Source: a virus. From it: 64,000 nt of DNA. Where the stretch lies: the IMG/VR virus record IMGVR_UViG_3300023179_000019; one strand, written 5' to 3'. A program made the translations under genes and the position numbers. The notes under the pieces are model-generated. The model was not told where the DNA came from, made no database searches, and was given only the letters and a program-made list of their open reading frames with translations. Positions 27,921 to 38,479 of the stretch are shown one piece after another (positions within the stretch are counted from its first letter, which is position 1; each line of letters starts with the position of its first letter).

Positions 27921-28694
27921 ATGGCCACAATTACCACTAGAGTTGCTTTTAAAGAATATTGTTTACGCAGATTAGGTTTTCCAGTCATCGATATTAACGT
28001 GGATGATGACCAAGTGGAAGACCGAATTGATGATGCCTTACAGTACTGGCAAGATTACCATTTTGATGGTCTACAAAAAGTCTATTACATCAAAAGAGTG
28101 GATCAAACCGATGTTGACCAAAAGTATATAGATTTAAGCAATGTTACCGACAGTTCAAATAACGCACTAGAGATTGTTGGTATATCACGTATATTTCCAA
28201 TTCAAGATTCTCAGGCAACTATTAATATGTTTGACCTTAGATATCAACTAAGATTAAACGAATTGTATGACTTTACATCAGCGTCCTACATCAACTACAC
28301 ACTAACACAACAGCATCTACGTTCATTGGAGTTAATGTTTACTGGAGAAGTTCCTATTCGATTCCAAAGACATATGCGTAGGTTGTACATAGATTGGGCC
28401 TGGGGTTCATCACAATCACCAGTTGGTACTGTGGTAGTTGCCGAAGCTTATGCAAATATCGACCCTACGGTATACACCAGAGTTTGGAATGACCGTTGGT
28501 TGAAAGAATATGCAACTGCTTTAATCAAAAGAAGTTGGGGAAACAACATTAAAAAATTTAATGGACTACAATTGCCTGGCGGTGTTACATTAAATGGTGA
28601 TAAAATTTATAATGAGGCCGTTGCAGAAATTGAAAAACTAGAACAAGAAATGCAAGTTGAATATGGTGCACCACTTGAATGGTTCATGAATTAA
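27921..28694 (+). CDS. gp13: Neck protein gp13
   Basis: YCLRRLGFPVIDINVDDDQVEDRIDDALQY...KF.GLQLPGGVTLNG; T4 synteny. Confidence 0.92.
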   Translation: MATITTRVAFKEYCLRRLGFPVIDINVDDDQVEDRIDDALQYWQDYHFDGLQKVYYIKRVDQTDVDQKYIDLSNVTDSSNNALEIVGISRIFPIQDSQATINMFDLRYQLRLNELYDFTSASYINYTLTQQHLRSLELMFTGEVPIRFQRHMRRLYIDWAWGSSQSPVGTVVVAEAYANIDPTVYTRVWNDRWLKEYATALIKRSWGNNIKKFNGLQLPGGVTLNGDKIYNEAVAEIEKLEQEMQVEYGAPLEWFMN

Positions 28695-28695
28695 G

Positions 28696-29592
28696 ATGGC
28701 AACCAGTCCTTATTTTAATAATTATAACTCTAAAGCTGAGCAAAGAGTTTACGAAGATTTAATTGTTGAGTCCATTAAGATAATGGGATTCGATGGTTAC
28801 TATTTACCCAACGACAATGATCAGGCCCGTGATCTTTTATATGGTGAAGATCCAGTTAAAAAATTTCAAACAGCATTTCCAATCGAATTTTATTTGTCAA
28901 ATGTATTAGAGTACGGTGGAGAAAAAGAATTCTTTTCAAAATTTGGTTTACAAATTAAAAACAATGCTTCAGTTATTGTTTCCAAAAGGTCTTTTGCTCA
29001 AAGAGTTCCGCCACATTTAGTAAGACCCCGTGAGGGAGATTTAATCTATGTACCGTTTTTAAATGGTACAGGTGAACTATATGAAATTAAATTTGCTGAT
29101 CAAGACAAAGAATTTAACACACTAGGAAGAAAAGTACCCTATTTTTATGAACTAGATTTAGAAAAATTCAAATACTCTCAAGAACTTATCGATACTGGTA
29201 TTGGAGATATTGATCAAGTCACGACAGATAATTCATACTCTATCGATTTGACTACCGGCACAGGATCAGGAACATATGAATTAAATGAGGTTGTTTTTCA
29301 ATCCAGTAGCAATACGGGAAATATATTACTTGCTTATGCTAATGCAACAACACTTGCAACCGTTAAATCTTGGACCCCAGGTTCAAATACATTATCTGTT
29401 ATCGATATCAATGGTGAATTTATTGATGGCCGTAAAATTATAGGTTACACAAGCAATGCAAGATATACATTGAGTACATATGATCCATTAAATGTGAACG
29501 TTGCACACGAAACATATGACAACCTATACATTAAAAACCAAGCCAATTCAATCATAGATTTTTCCGAATCAAACCCTTTTGGTAGCATATAA
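28696..29592 (+). CDS. gp14: Neck protein gp14
   Basis: EQ...EDLIVESIKI.G, FFSKFGLQI, RPREGDLIY, DFSESNPFG. Confidence 0.92.
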   Translation: MATSPYFNNYNSKAEQRVYEDLIVESIKIMGFDGYYLPNDNDQARDLLYGEDPVKKFQTAFPIEFYLSNVLEYGGEKEFFSKFGLQIKNNASVIVSKRSFAQRVPPHLVRPREGDLIYVPFLNGTGELYEIKFADQDKEFNTLGRKVPYFYELDLEKFKYSQELIDTGIGDIDQVTTDNSYSIDLTTGTGSGTYELNEVVFQSSSNTGNILLAYANATTLATVKSWTPGSNTLSVIDINGEFIDGRKIIGYTSNARYTLSTYDPLNVNVAHETYDNLYIKNQANSIIDFSESNPFGSI

Positions 29593-30587
29593 TGTCAACA
29601 AATATACAATACCATCGTGTCATTAGAAAACTTGTTGTAGGATTCGGTGATTTATTTAATAACATCACACTGGTAAGATATAATCCAGACAATACTGAAG
29701 CCGAGAGAATGATTGTTCCTATTGCATATGCTTCAAAAGAATTGTATGTGATGAGATTGCAAGACGATCCAGATTTATCTAAAAAGGTAATGATGACATT
29801 GCCTAGAATGTCATTTGAAATGACTGGATTAAGTTACGATTCATCAAGAAAACAAAACACAAACATCAAACAATTTGCCAAAACAAGTGGTGGCGTTGTG
29901 TCTCAGTACAATCCAGTACCATATGATTTTGATTTTTCTTTATATTTGTATGTCAGAAATATTGAAGATGGTACTCAAATCATCGAACACATTCTTCCAT
30001 ATTTTACACCAGATTATACAATTAAACTGAATCTTATTCCCGAGATGGGAATAGTTAAAGAAATACCTATTATCTTAAAAAATACTGATTATGAAGTTAG
30101 GTATGAAGGCAACAGAGATTCAGAAACAAGAACAATCATTTGGACTTTAAATTTTACGGTTAAAGGTTTTATATTTGGTAAAACATCAGAAGTTGGTTTA
30201 ATTAAAACTTCAATTACAAATATATTTAACAACATCACATCCGAAGATTTGATTGCCTTTAATATGGCAAATACAGGAACAGGATTTTACCAGACCGGAG
30301 AATTAGTTTATCAAGGTTATTCACCCGCAACTGCAACTGCAACAGGTAAGGTTGCTCTTTGGGCTAACAACATACACAAATTAACGCTGACTGAAATTAA
30401 TGGAAATTTTGTTTCAGGAACTCCAATTGTTGGTATGAAAACAAATGCAAACTATTCATTTGTTTCTTATAAAGTGGCACCAGAAAAATTAGCAAAAATA
30501 GTTGTAACAACTAATCCTGCAAATGCTAATGTAAATTCCCATTATACATATACAACCACTATAACGGAAGCACCAGACATAGATTAA
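29592..30587 (+). CDS. gp15: Tail sheath stabilizer/terminator gp15
   Basis: IRKLVVGFGDLFNNI, VPIAY..KE, LPRMSFEM, QIIEHILPYFTP. Confidence 0.92.
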   Translation: MSTNIQYHRVIRKLVVGFGDLFNNITLVRYNPDNTEAERMIVPIAYASKELYVMRLQDDPDLSKKVMMTLPRMSFEMTGLSYDSSRKQNTNIKQFAKTSGGVVSQYNPVPYDFDFSLYLYVRNIEDGTQIIEHILPYFTPDYTIKLNLIPEMGIVKEIPIILKNTDYEVRYEGNRDSETRTIIWTLNFTVKGFIFGKTSEVGLIKTSITNIFNNITSEDLIAFNMANTGTGFYQTGELVYQGYSPATATATGKVALWANNIHKLTLTEINGNFVSGTPIVGMKTNANYSFVSYKVAPEKLAKIVVTTNPANANVNSHYTYTTTITEAPDID

Positions 30588-30588
30588 T

Positions 30589-31005
30589 ATGAATACCTTT
30601 GATAAAAAGATGGAAGAAGTTTTTGATTTGGCACCAATTAAAGAAGAAAAAAAAGAAAAACTTCCTACGGTATCGGTGTCTTATAACAAACCAGATTTAA
30701 AACAAGATTTGACTGATGCATATCAACAGTCAAAAGAAAATTTACAAAATATCATTGATCAAGGTCAAGAAGCAATGGAAGAAATTCTAAACATTGCTAA
30801 GGCAGGCCAACATCCAAGAGCGTTTGAAGTTTATGGAACACTATTGAAAAATATGGTTGATGCCAATAAAGAACTTTTAAACATTCAAAAGCAAATGCGT
30901 GATATGGATGAAGAAAAGAAACAAAAAACCGGTACAAATATAGATAAAGCTATATTTGTTGGTTCTACTGCTGAATTAAACAAACTGATCAAAGGCAAAA
31001 GTTAA
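30589..31005 (+). CDS. gp16: Terminase small subunit gp16
   Basis: HPRAFEVYGTLLK and IFVGSTAEL motifs; overlaps the gp17 start. Confidence 0.9.
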   Translation: MNTFDKKMEEVFDLAPIKEEKKEKLPTVSVSYNKPDLKQDLTDAYQQSKENLQNIIDQGQEAMEEILNIAKAGQHPRAFEVYGTLLKNMVDANKELLNIQKQMRDMDEEKKQKTGTNIDKAIFVGSTAELNKLIKGKS

Positions 31006-32690
31006 TGGTCATCAATACAAAAGATTCGTATCGTGACAATCCACTCTTAAAAAAAGTAGGCGTAGAACATCAATATACAGAAGATCAGGTAGAAGAATAC
31101 ATTAAGTGTTCTAAAGATCCTGTTTATTTCTGTATGAACTACATCAAAATTGTAAACGTTGATGAAGGTTTGATGTCATTTAGAATGTGGGACTTTCAAA
31201 AAGAAATGATTAATCTTTTTAAAGATAATCGTTTTGTTATCACTAAATGTCCTCGACAGGTTGGTAAAACTACCACAACAGTTGGTTATCTTCTTTGGGC
31301 AACAATTTTTACTGATGCACAAAACGTTGCCGTTCTTGCCAACAAGGGCGCTTTAGCAAGAGACATATTGGCAAAATATCAACTCGCATATGAAAATTTA
31401 CCTCAATGGTTGCAACAAGGTGTTGTTACGTGGAATAAAGGTAACGTAGAATTAGAAAATGGATCTAAAGTAATTGCAGCCTCAACATCATCATCTGCAA
31501 TTCGCGGAGGTTCTTTCAATATCGTATTTTTGGATGAATTTGCGTTCGTACCCAACAACATTGCCAACGAATTCTTTAACTCTGTTTATCCTGTAATTTC
31601 ATCAGGTAAAACTTCCAAGATTATTATTGTTTCTACTCCCAACGGTATGAATCTGTTCTATAAACTTTGGATGGATTCATTAGAAGGCAGAAACGACTAT
31701 AAGAATTTTGAAATTCATTGGTCGATGGTACCAGGACGTGATGAAAAGTGGAAAGAAGAAACCATACGAAACACTTCACAAAGGCAGTTCGACCAAGAGT
31801 TTAACACCGAATTTTTGGGTTCTTCAAATACCCTCATTTCTGGTTACAAATTACAACAATTAAGATATATCGATCCTATATCAGAACATGATAAGATGAA
31901 GATATATGAATACCCTATCAAAGAAAACGGGGAAGATATCAAATCGGATCATTTGTATTGTGTTACGGTTGACGTTTCTGAAGGAAAAAATCTAGACTCA
32001 TCAGCATTTTCTATTTTTGACATATCTACCACACCATATAAACAAGTTGCAACTTATTCCAGTTCTTCAATATCACCTATTTTATTTCCTACTGTTATCG
32101 TAAACGCAGCCAGATTATACAACGATGCGTATATTTTGGTAGAAATAAATAACAATCCCCAGGTGGCAGATTTTATACATTCAGATTTAGAATATGAAAA
32201 CTTGTTAAAAGTATTTACTGGCAATAAAAAACCACAGCAACTATCGGCTGGTTTTGCCAGAGGTATACAAATGGGTTTGAAAATGTCTCCTCAAGTTAAA
32301 GCAATTGGTTGTTCCAACCTGAAAACTTTAATTGAAGGTGATAAGTTATTGATTAATGATTTTGAGACTTATTCAGAATTGACTACTTTTGTACAACACA
32401 AAACATCGTTTGCAGCTGAAGATGGTGCAAATGATGACATGGCCATGACTTTGGTTTTATTTTCTTGGGCAACTACTCAAAAATACTTTAGAGAAATCGT
32501 TAATCATGATTTAAGAAAACAAATTCAATTGGAACATATGAATCAATATGATGAAGAAGTTTTACCAGCTCCCATCATAGAAAATGGTTTAGAAAACGAT
32601 TTTATGGTTGAAGGTGGTGATGTTTGGGAAGTTTCTGGATCCAGAGATGTTTACGGACAATACACTAAAGACTTCTTTGAAAAGTTATAA
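31005..32690 (+). CDS. gp17: Terminase large subunit gp17
   Basis: Walker A PRQVGKTT, FLDEFAFV, STPNGMN, DVSEG, NDDMAMTL. Confidence 0.96.
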   Translation: MVINTKDSYRDNPLLKKVGVEHQYTEDQVEEYIKCSKDPVYFCMNYIKIVNVDEGLMSFRMWDFQKEMINLFKDNRFVITKCPRQVGKTTTTVGYLLWATIFTDAQNVAVLANKGALARDILAKYQLAYENLPQWLQQGVVTWNKGNVELENGSKVIAASTSSSAIRGGSFNIVFLDEFAFVPNNIANEFFNSVYPVISSGKTSKIIIVSTPNGMNLFYKLWMDSLEGRNDYKNFEIHWSMVPGRDEKWKEETIRNTSQRQFDQEFNTEFLGSSNTLISGYKLQQLRYIDPISEHDKMKIYEYPIKENGEDIKSDHLYCVTVDVSEGKNLDSSAFSIFDISTTPYKQVATYSSSSISPILFPTVIVNAARLYNDAYILVEINNNPQVADFIHSDLEYENLLKVFTGNKKPQQLSAGFARGIQMGLKMSPQVKAIGCSNLKTLIEGDKLLINDFETYSELTTFVQHKTSFAAEDGANDDMAMTLVLFSWATTQKYFREIVNHDLRKQIQLEHMNQYDEEVLPAPIIENGLENDFMVEGGDVWEVSGSRDVYGQYTKDFFEKL

Positions 32691-32762
32691 AATTCGTGTT
32701 ACATAAATATGATTATGGTATTTTAACTGCCAAGAACAAAATAATAATTCAAGGAGAATAAA

Positions 32763-34463
32763 ATGGCGTTTCAACTCTCTCCAGGCGTAAATGTTTCCGA
32801 AATTGACTTAACTACAGTCGTTCCTTCGGTCATTTCTAGTACTGGTGCTTATGCTGGAACATTTAATTGGGGTCCAGCTCAAAAAATTATACAGGTTGAT
32901 AGTGAGAAAACGCTATACAACATGTTCACACCAGCTAATCCCGATTCAAATTCCGCAATTTCGTTTTTTACTAGTTCCAGTTTCTTAGCTTACGGCAATG
33001 ATTTACGAATTGTTCGTGCGGTTGGTGCAAATAGTAAGAATTCAGATTCAAATACTTCCGTTACAAACGTACAAGTTGCTAACGAAGATGTGTTTCAAGC
33101 TAGTTACATGTTAACTAACAATGCAAACACATACGGTCCATTCATGGCAAAGTATCCAGGTGCAATAGGAAACTCTTTGAAAGTTTCTTTGTGTGATGAT
33201 CCAACAGCATTTACATCTTGGACATACAAAGGTTATTTCAGTAGTGCTCCAGGAACATCAGAATACGTTTCTAATGCTGGTGGTGGCCAAGATGAATTGC
33301 ACGTAGTTGTTGTAGACGAAGATGGTTTGTTTACAGGCGTTGCCGGAACAGTTTTAGAAACTTATCCTTTCTTATCAAAAGCTAGCGATGCCGTAAATAA
33401 CGGTGCGCCAAGTTACTACAAACAAGCAATTTTTGATAATTCAAATTATATCTATGCAATCGATCCACCAGATTATGCAAATACTTCTTCTACATGGGGT
33501 AACACTGCTGCTGGAACAACTTATGCTAGATTGGCAAGCACTTTCACAACATCATTGGCTGGCGGTACAGATGAAGTTCCAAATGATGCAAAACTCCAAC
33601 AAGCATGGGATTTGTTTGCAAACAAAGAAGCGGTTGAAGTTTCTTTATTGTTAACTGGAAATTACAGCATTGCATTACAACAATATGTAATCGACAACGT
33701 TGCAAACGCACGTAAAGATTGTGTTGCTTTCATTTCACCTCCTTATTCAGCAGTTGTTAATCAAGGTGGCGGAGAAGCAGATAACATTACAACATGGTTA
33801 ACTTCTTTAGCTCGTTCATCTTCATATGTTGTTGCTGATTCTGGTTGGAAATATATGTACGACAAATACAACGCAACATATCGTTGGATTCCATTGAATG
33901 CTGACGTTGCTGGTCTATGTGCATATACCGACACAATTCGCGATCCATGGTGGTCACCAGCTGGTTTCAACCGTGGTAACATCAAGAACGCTATTAAATT
34001 GGCATGGTCACCAAGCAAAACTTATCGTGACACAATTTACAACGCAGGTGTTAATCCTGTTTGTTCTTTCCCAGGAAATGGTATTGTATTATTTGGCGAC
34101 AAAACATTACAAGCAAAACCATCGGCCTTTGACAGAATCAACGTTCGTAGATTGTTTATCACTCTAGAAAAAGCAATTGCTAAAGCTGCACAATACTCAT
34201 TGTTTGAATTTAACGATGATTTCACCCGTGCTCAGTTTGTTGCATTAGTTACTCCTTTCTTACGTGAAGTACAAGGTCGCCGTGGCATCTATGACTTCCG
34301 CGTTGTTTGTGATACAACAAATAACACAGGATTTGTAATTGATAGTAATCAATTCGTTGGTGACATCTATATCAAGCCTGCTCGTTCAATTAACTTCATT
34401 CAATTGAACTTTGTTGCAGTTGGAACTAGTGTTGACTTTACAACAATCGTTGGTCAGTTCTAA
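32763..34463 (+). CDS. gp18: Tail sheath protein gp18
   Basis: MAFQLSPGVNVSEIDLT, WWSPAGFNRG, SAFDRINVRRLF, IKPARSINFIQLNF. Confidence 0.96.
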   Translation: MAFQLSPGVNVSEIDLTTVVPSVISSTGAYAGTFNWGPAQKIIQVDSEKTLYNMFTPANPDSNSAISFFTSSSFLAYGNDLRIVRAVGANSKNSDSNTSVTNVQVANEDVFQASYMLTNNANTYGPFMAKYPGAIGNSLKVSLCDDPTAFTSWTYKGYFSSAPGTSEYVSNAGGGQDELHVVVVDEDGLFTGVAGTVLETYPFLSKASDAVNNGAPSYYKQAIFDNSNYIYAIDPPDYANTSSTWGNTAAGTTYARLASTFTTSLAGGTDEVPNDAKLQQAWDLFANKEAVEVSLLLTGNYSIALQQYVIDNVANARKDCVAFISPPYSAVVNQGGGEADNITTWLTSLARSSSYVVADSGWKYMYDKYNATYRWIPLNADVAGLCAYTDTIRDPWWSPAGFNRGNIKNAIKLAWSPSKTYRDTIYNAGVNPVCSFPGNGIVLFGDKTLQAKPSAFDRINVRRLFITLEKAIAKAAQYSLFEFNDDFTRAQFVALVTPFLREVQGRRGIYDFRVVCDTTNNTGFVIDSNQFVGDIYIKPARSINFIQLNFVAVGTSVDFTTIVGQF

Positions 34464-34491
34464 TAAATAACCACGACAACAGGAGATAACA

Positions 34492-35034
34492 ATGGCATTC
34501 AATGTAACAGAATTTAGAAGTCAAATGGTTGGTGACGGTGCTCGTCCCAACTTATTTCAAGTTACTTTAACCTTCCCAGCAATTGCGGCTAACGGCTCAG
34601 TTGCTGGCCAAAAAGCAACTTTCATGGCCAAAGCCGCACAATTACCGGGTTCAACAGTTGGTACTGTGCCAGTTTATTATTTCGGTCGTGAATTGAAGTT
34701 TGCAGGTAACAGAACTTTCACCGACTGGACATTACAGATCATTAATGATGAAGATTTCGTAATTAGAAATTCTTTAGAGTCATGGATGAACGCAATAAAT
34801 AGTCACAGTAGTAACATAAGAAATAGCGCAGCAGGTACCCCTACAGGTTACACAGTTGACGCATCAGTTTCTCAGTACGGTAAAACTGGTAATATTTTGA
34901 AAACTTACAAATTTATTGGTTTGTTTCCACTCGATATTGCTCCAATTGATTTGGATTGGCAGAGTAATGACACTATTGAAGAATACTCAGCAACTTTTGC
35001 TTATCAATGGTGGGAAGCTGAAACAACTAATTAA
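34492..35034 (+). CDS. gp19: Tail tube protein gp19
   Basis: GARPNLFQV, AAQLPGS, GRELKFAGNRTF..W...IINDEDF. Confidence 0.95.
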   Translation: MAFNVTEFRSQMVGDGARPNLFQVTLTFPAIAANGSVAGQKATFMAKAAQLPGSTVGTVPVYYFGRELKFAGNRTFTDWTLQIINDEDFVIRNSLESWMNAINSHSSNIRNSAAGTPTGYTVDASVSQYGKTGNILKTYKFIGLFPLDIAPIDLDWQSNDTIEEYSATFAYQWWEAETTN

Positions 35035-35046
35035 TTATTTTTTACT

Positions 35047-35080
35047 GGGAATACATTTCGTATTCCCTTTATGTTTTTTT
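35047..35080 (+). terminator. Intrinsic terminator after gp19
   Basis: gggaatac-atttc-gtattccc hairpin followed by a T-rich tract. Confidence 0.7.
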
Positions 35081-35100
35081 GAATTGGAAAATTAAATAAT

Positions 35101-36789
35101 ATGGCAGCTTTAAATAAATTCTCTCTATTTGGATTCGAGATTGCACGGAAAAAATCTGAAGAAGATCAATCCGTGCAACAAACGTTTTCGCCTCCATCAA
35201 ATGATGATGGTGCTTTGCAAATTACATCAGCTGCATATTACGGCACATATGTTGATTTAGACGGTACGGCCAAAAATGAAGTAGAATTAATTTCTCGTTA
35301 CAGAGAAATGGCTATGCAACCAGAAATTGAGTCTGCGATAGATGATATTATGAACGAAGCCATCGTACAAGATGATGATGGCAAGATTATCAATATTGTT
35401 TTGGATGATCTAAAACAAACAGATAAGATTAAAAAAGCAATCAAAGAAGAATTTAATGTAGTTCTTAGATTGTTGAACTATAACAACATGGCACATGATA
35501 TCTTCCGTAGATATTATATTGATGGCAGATTATTCTATCATATCATTATCGATAGAGAAAACCCCACTCAGGGTATTAAAGAATTAAGATATATCGATCC
35601 ACGCAAAATACGTAAAGTGCGTGAGATGAAAAAGAAAAAAGATGAACGAACTGGTGTAGAAATGATGGATGTGGTAAATGAATACTACATCTACAACGAT
35701 AAAGTTGTTACAGGCAGTTCGTCAAATTATGGTCCTGTTGGTGTTCGTATCACTACAGATTCTATCATATCAGTTGTTTCTGGTTTGATGGACTCACGTA
35801 GAGCAGTTGTACTATCATACTTACACAAAGCAATTAAACCATTGAATCAATTACGTATGATTGAAGATGCAACTGTTATCTACCGTATCAGTCGTGCGCC
35901 AGAAAGACGTATTTTTTATATTGACGTAGGTAATTTGCCAAAATTAAAGGCTGAACAGTACCTACGTGATATTATGGTCAAGTATAAAAACAAACTTGTG
36001 TATGATGCAAACACAGGTGAAGTTCGTGATGACCGCAAATTCTTATCCATGATGGAAGACTTTTGGTTACCACGTAGAGAAGGCGGCAAAGGAACAGAAA
36101 TTACTACATTACCAGGTGGTCAAAACTTAGGTGAATTAGAAGATGTTAAGTATTTCCAAAAGAAACTTTATGGTTCTTTGAATGTTCCAATATCACGTTT
36201 AGAACCAGGTGAAGGATTCTCTTTAGGTCGTAGTACTGAAGTTACTAGAGATGAGTTAAAATTTTCTAAGTTTGTAGATAGAATTAGAAATCGTTTTTCA
36301 GATTTATTTGACCAAGCTTTACGTGTACAATGCGTATTAAAAGGCATTTGTACAAATGATGAATTTGAAGAATTTAAAGAATACATTCATTATGACTTTA
36401 TGAAGGACAACAACTTCAGCGAACTAAAAGAAGCAGAGTTGATGACCAATCGTTTAAGTTTGTTGGGTGCAGTTGATCCATATACAGGACGTTATTTCTC
36501 GCAAAAATGGATTCAACAAAACGTTCTAAGATTAACGGACGATGATATTGAAGAAATGCAGAAACAAATTGAACAAGAGAAAAAAGAAGGTTTAGGATTG
36601 CCGGTTTCTGTTACGAACGATGTTGCACAACAACAAATGATGAGTCAAGTACCAGGACAACCTCAGAATCCATCAGATCAACAACATCAGGCAGATATGC
36701 AACAAGCTCAGTTAGATCAGCAAAAAGATGCACAAAAGAAGGAAGAAAGAACTTCTGACGTATTCACAAAATTGAAACAAATTTTATAA
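35101..36789 (+). CDS. gp20: Portal vertex protein gp20
   Basis: YLHKAIKPLNQLRMIEDA.VIYRISRAPERRIFYIDVGNLPK; EDFWLPRREGGKGTEITTLPGGQNLG. Confidence 0.97.
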   Translation: MAALNKFSLFGFEIARKKSEEDQSVQQTFSPPSNDDGALQITSAAYYGTYVDLDGTAKNEVELISRYREMAMQPEIESAIDDIMNEAIVQDDDGKIINIVLDDLKQTDKIKKAIKEEFNVVLRLLNYNNMAHDIFRRYYIDGRLFYHIIIDRENPTQGIKELRYIDPRKIRKVREMKKKKDERTGVEMMDVVNEYYIYNDKVVTGSSSNYGPVGVRITTDSIISVVSGLMDSRRAVVLSYLHKAIKPLNQLRMIEDATVIYRISRAPERRIFYIDVGNLPKLKAEQYLRDIMVKYKNKLVYDANTGEVRDDRKFLSMMEDFWLPRREGGKGTEITTLPGGQNLGELEDVKYFQKKLYGSLNVPISRLEPGEGFSLGRSTEVTRDELKFSKFVDRIRNRFSDLFDQALRVQCVLKGICTNDEFEEFKEYIHYDFMKDNNFSELKEAELMTNRLSLLGAVDPYTGRYFSQKWIQQNVLRLTDDDIEEMQKQIEQEKKEGLGLPVSVTNDVAQQQMMSQVPGQPQNPSDQQHQADMQQAQLDQQKDAQKKEERTSDVFTKLKQIL

Positions 36790-36792
36790 ATA
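36785..36792 (+). promoter_or_regulatory. T4-type late promoter TATAAATA
   Basis: Exact consensus at the end of gp20, the T4 P67 position. Confidence 0.7.
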
Positions 36793-36813
36793 TTTGAATT
36801 GGAGATAAAAAAA

Positions 36814-36993
36814 ATGAACGAAACCACAAAAGCTATTATTGATTATGCGTTTGAAGATGATGCCAAACAGATGCGAGATGCTCTGTATTCTGATATTCAA
36901 GATAGGGTTATGGCTCACCTTGATGCAAAAAAACAAGAGATTGCTAGAAATTTAATTGCGCCAGTTCCAGTAGAAGATAATACAGAGGAATAA
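36814..36993 (+). CDS. Prohead core protein (gp67-like)
   Basis: Small acidic ORF right after the portal gene; GGAG RBS favours the ATG at 36814. Confidence 0.55.
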   Translation: MNETTKAIIDYAFEDDAKQMRDALYSDIQDRVMAHLDAKKQEIARNLIAPVPVEDNTEE

Positions 36994-36994
36994 G

Positions 36995-37228
36995 TTGAAA
37001 TCTTTTAAAGAGTTTATTTCTGAAAGTCGTTCAGCGAAACCTAAAGTTCCGCAGGATCCTCCTGCCGTTTTACTTATGAAACGTAAAGCAATTAGAATGT
37101 TTCCAAATGGCCAAAGAGTAGCACTTTACTATGTGGATAAAATTAATAAATACGTAACAGTACCTTACGAAGCTATGCATTGGTCTAGCTCTGTACCGAA
37201 CGAATTCAAGAATATTACATTAGGATAA
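36995..37228 (+). CDS. Small head-region protein (gp68 position)
   Basis: MKSFKEFISE N-terminus typical of T4-like head-internal proteins. Confidence 0.5.
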   Translation: MKSFKEFISESRSAKPKVPQDPPAVLLMKRKAIRMFPNGQRVALYYVDKINKYVTVPYEAMHWSSSVPNEFKNITLG

Positions 37229-37231
37229 AAA

Positions 37232-37777
37232 ATGGCAAATTCATTTACATTTCAGCTTATTAAAGATACAACAGAACATACGGTTATTAAATTAACTGGA
37301 TCTTTTGATGGAACAGGCCAAGAAAGCAATACCGCAAGAATTCAAGCCAGTACCCTATATGGTGCTTTGGATGCAAATAACGTGCCATTGCGTTCTGCTT
37401 TAAGTGTTAGTAATACCGCAAAGCCTTACTATGGACTATCACTAAATCGTTTGTGGTACGACTGTGCAGCTGGCGGTGACGTTCAGTTATTTTGGAGAGC
37501 AAATACTAACGTTCCGTTGATCATCATGAATGGTAACGGTGAATTCGATGGTATGGGCAACTGGACAACAATACCAAACAATTCTGCTGGCAATCCAGGT
37601 TCTACTGGAGATATTGGTATCGTAACTAGAGGTATGGCTGCAAACGACAGTTACACAATGGTTGTTGAATTGCGTAAAGATAATGCTTACTATCAGCGTG
37701 GTCAATTTAATGATCCCCAAGCATTCAACTACCCACCATATTCTATCACTCCAACTCCTGATAATCCAGGCCATTAA
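37232..37777 (+). CDS. Hypothetical head-region protein
   Basis: 181 aa ORF between the gp67/68 position and gp21. Confidence 0.55.
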   Translation: MANSFTFQLIKDTTEHTVIKLTGSFDGTGQESNTARIQASTLYGALDANNVPLRSALSVSNTAKPYYGLSLNRLWYDCAAGGDVQLFWRANTNVPLIIMNGNGEFDGMGNWTTIPNNSAGNPGSTGDIGIVTRGMAANDSYTMVVELRKDNAYYQRGQFNDPQAFNYPPYSITPTPDNPGH

Positions 37778-37797
37778 AAGAAAGTAGATGGAAAACA

Positions 37798-38442
37798 ATG
37801 AAACTTATTAAAGAAGTTTTCGAAACAATTAACTATCTTGTCGAAGAAAAAGACGGCAAGAAAAATCTATACATTGAAGGACCATTTCTACAAACAGAAG
37901 TGGTTAACCGTAATGGCCGAAAGTATCTCAAAGAAACTATGGCCAAAGAAGTGCAGAGATACACAGAAGAATATATTAATAAAAACCGTGCCTTTGGTGA
38001 ATTAGGACATCCTGATACACCATCAATCAATCTTGATAGAGTCTGTATGTTAACTACAGATTTACGCCAAGAAGGCAATGATTGGATAGGCAAAGCAAAA
38101 ATTCTTGAAACCCCTATGGGTAACATTGTCAAAAGCTTACTTGACGGAGGCGCACAAGTTGGTGTGTCATCCCGTGGATTAGGTTCTTTGAAATCTGTTA
38201 ACGGTATCAATGTTGTTCAGGATGATTTTCGTCTGGCCACAGCGGCAGATATTGTAGCTGATCCTTCTGCACCCAATGCATTTGTACAGGGTATTATGGA
38301 AGGTAAAGAATGGATGTTAGTAAATGGTGTTTGGACTGAACAGGACTACACTCAAGCTAAGACACAAATTCGCCAAGCTACTCAGAGAGAGATCGAAGAA
38401 GTGAGTCTACGCATATTCGAAAACTTCCTCAAAAAACTTTAA
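37798..38442 (+). CDS. gp21: Prohead protease gp21
   Basis: YIEGPFLQ...NRNGR.Y, GELGHP, GVSSRGLGS, DIVADPSAP.AFV.GIME. Confidence 0.96.
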   Translation: MKLIKEVFETINYLVEEKDGKKNLYIEGPFLQTEVVNRNGRKYLKETMAKEVQRYTEEYINKNRAFGELGHPDTPSINLDRVCMLTTDLRQEGNDWIGKAKILETPMGNIVKSLLDGGAQVGVSSRGLGSLKSVNGINVVQDDFRLATAADIVADPSAPNAFVQGIMEGKEWMLVNGVWTEQDYTQAKTQIRQATQREIEEVSLRIFENFLKKL

Positions 38443-38443
38443 A

Positions 38444-38451
38444 TATAAATA
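38444..38451 (+). promoter_or_regulatory. T4-type late promoter TATAAATA (P22)
   Basis: Exact consensus upstream of gp22. Confidence 0.75.
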
Positions 38452-38479
38452 TCCAATATAAATCAAGGAGATTTCCAAA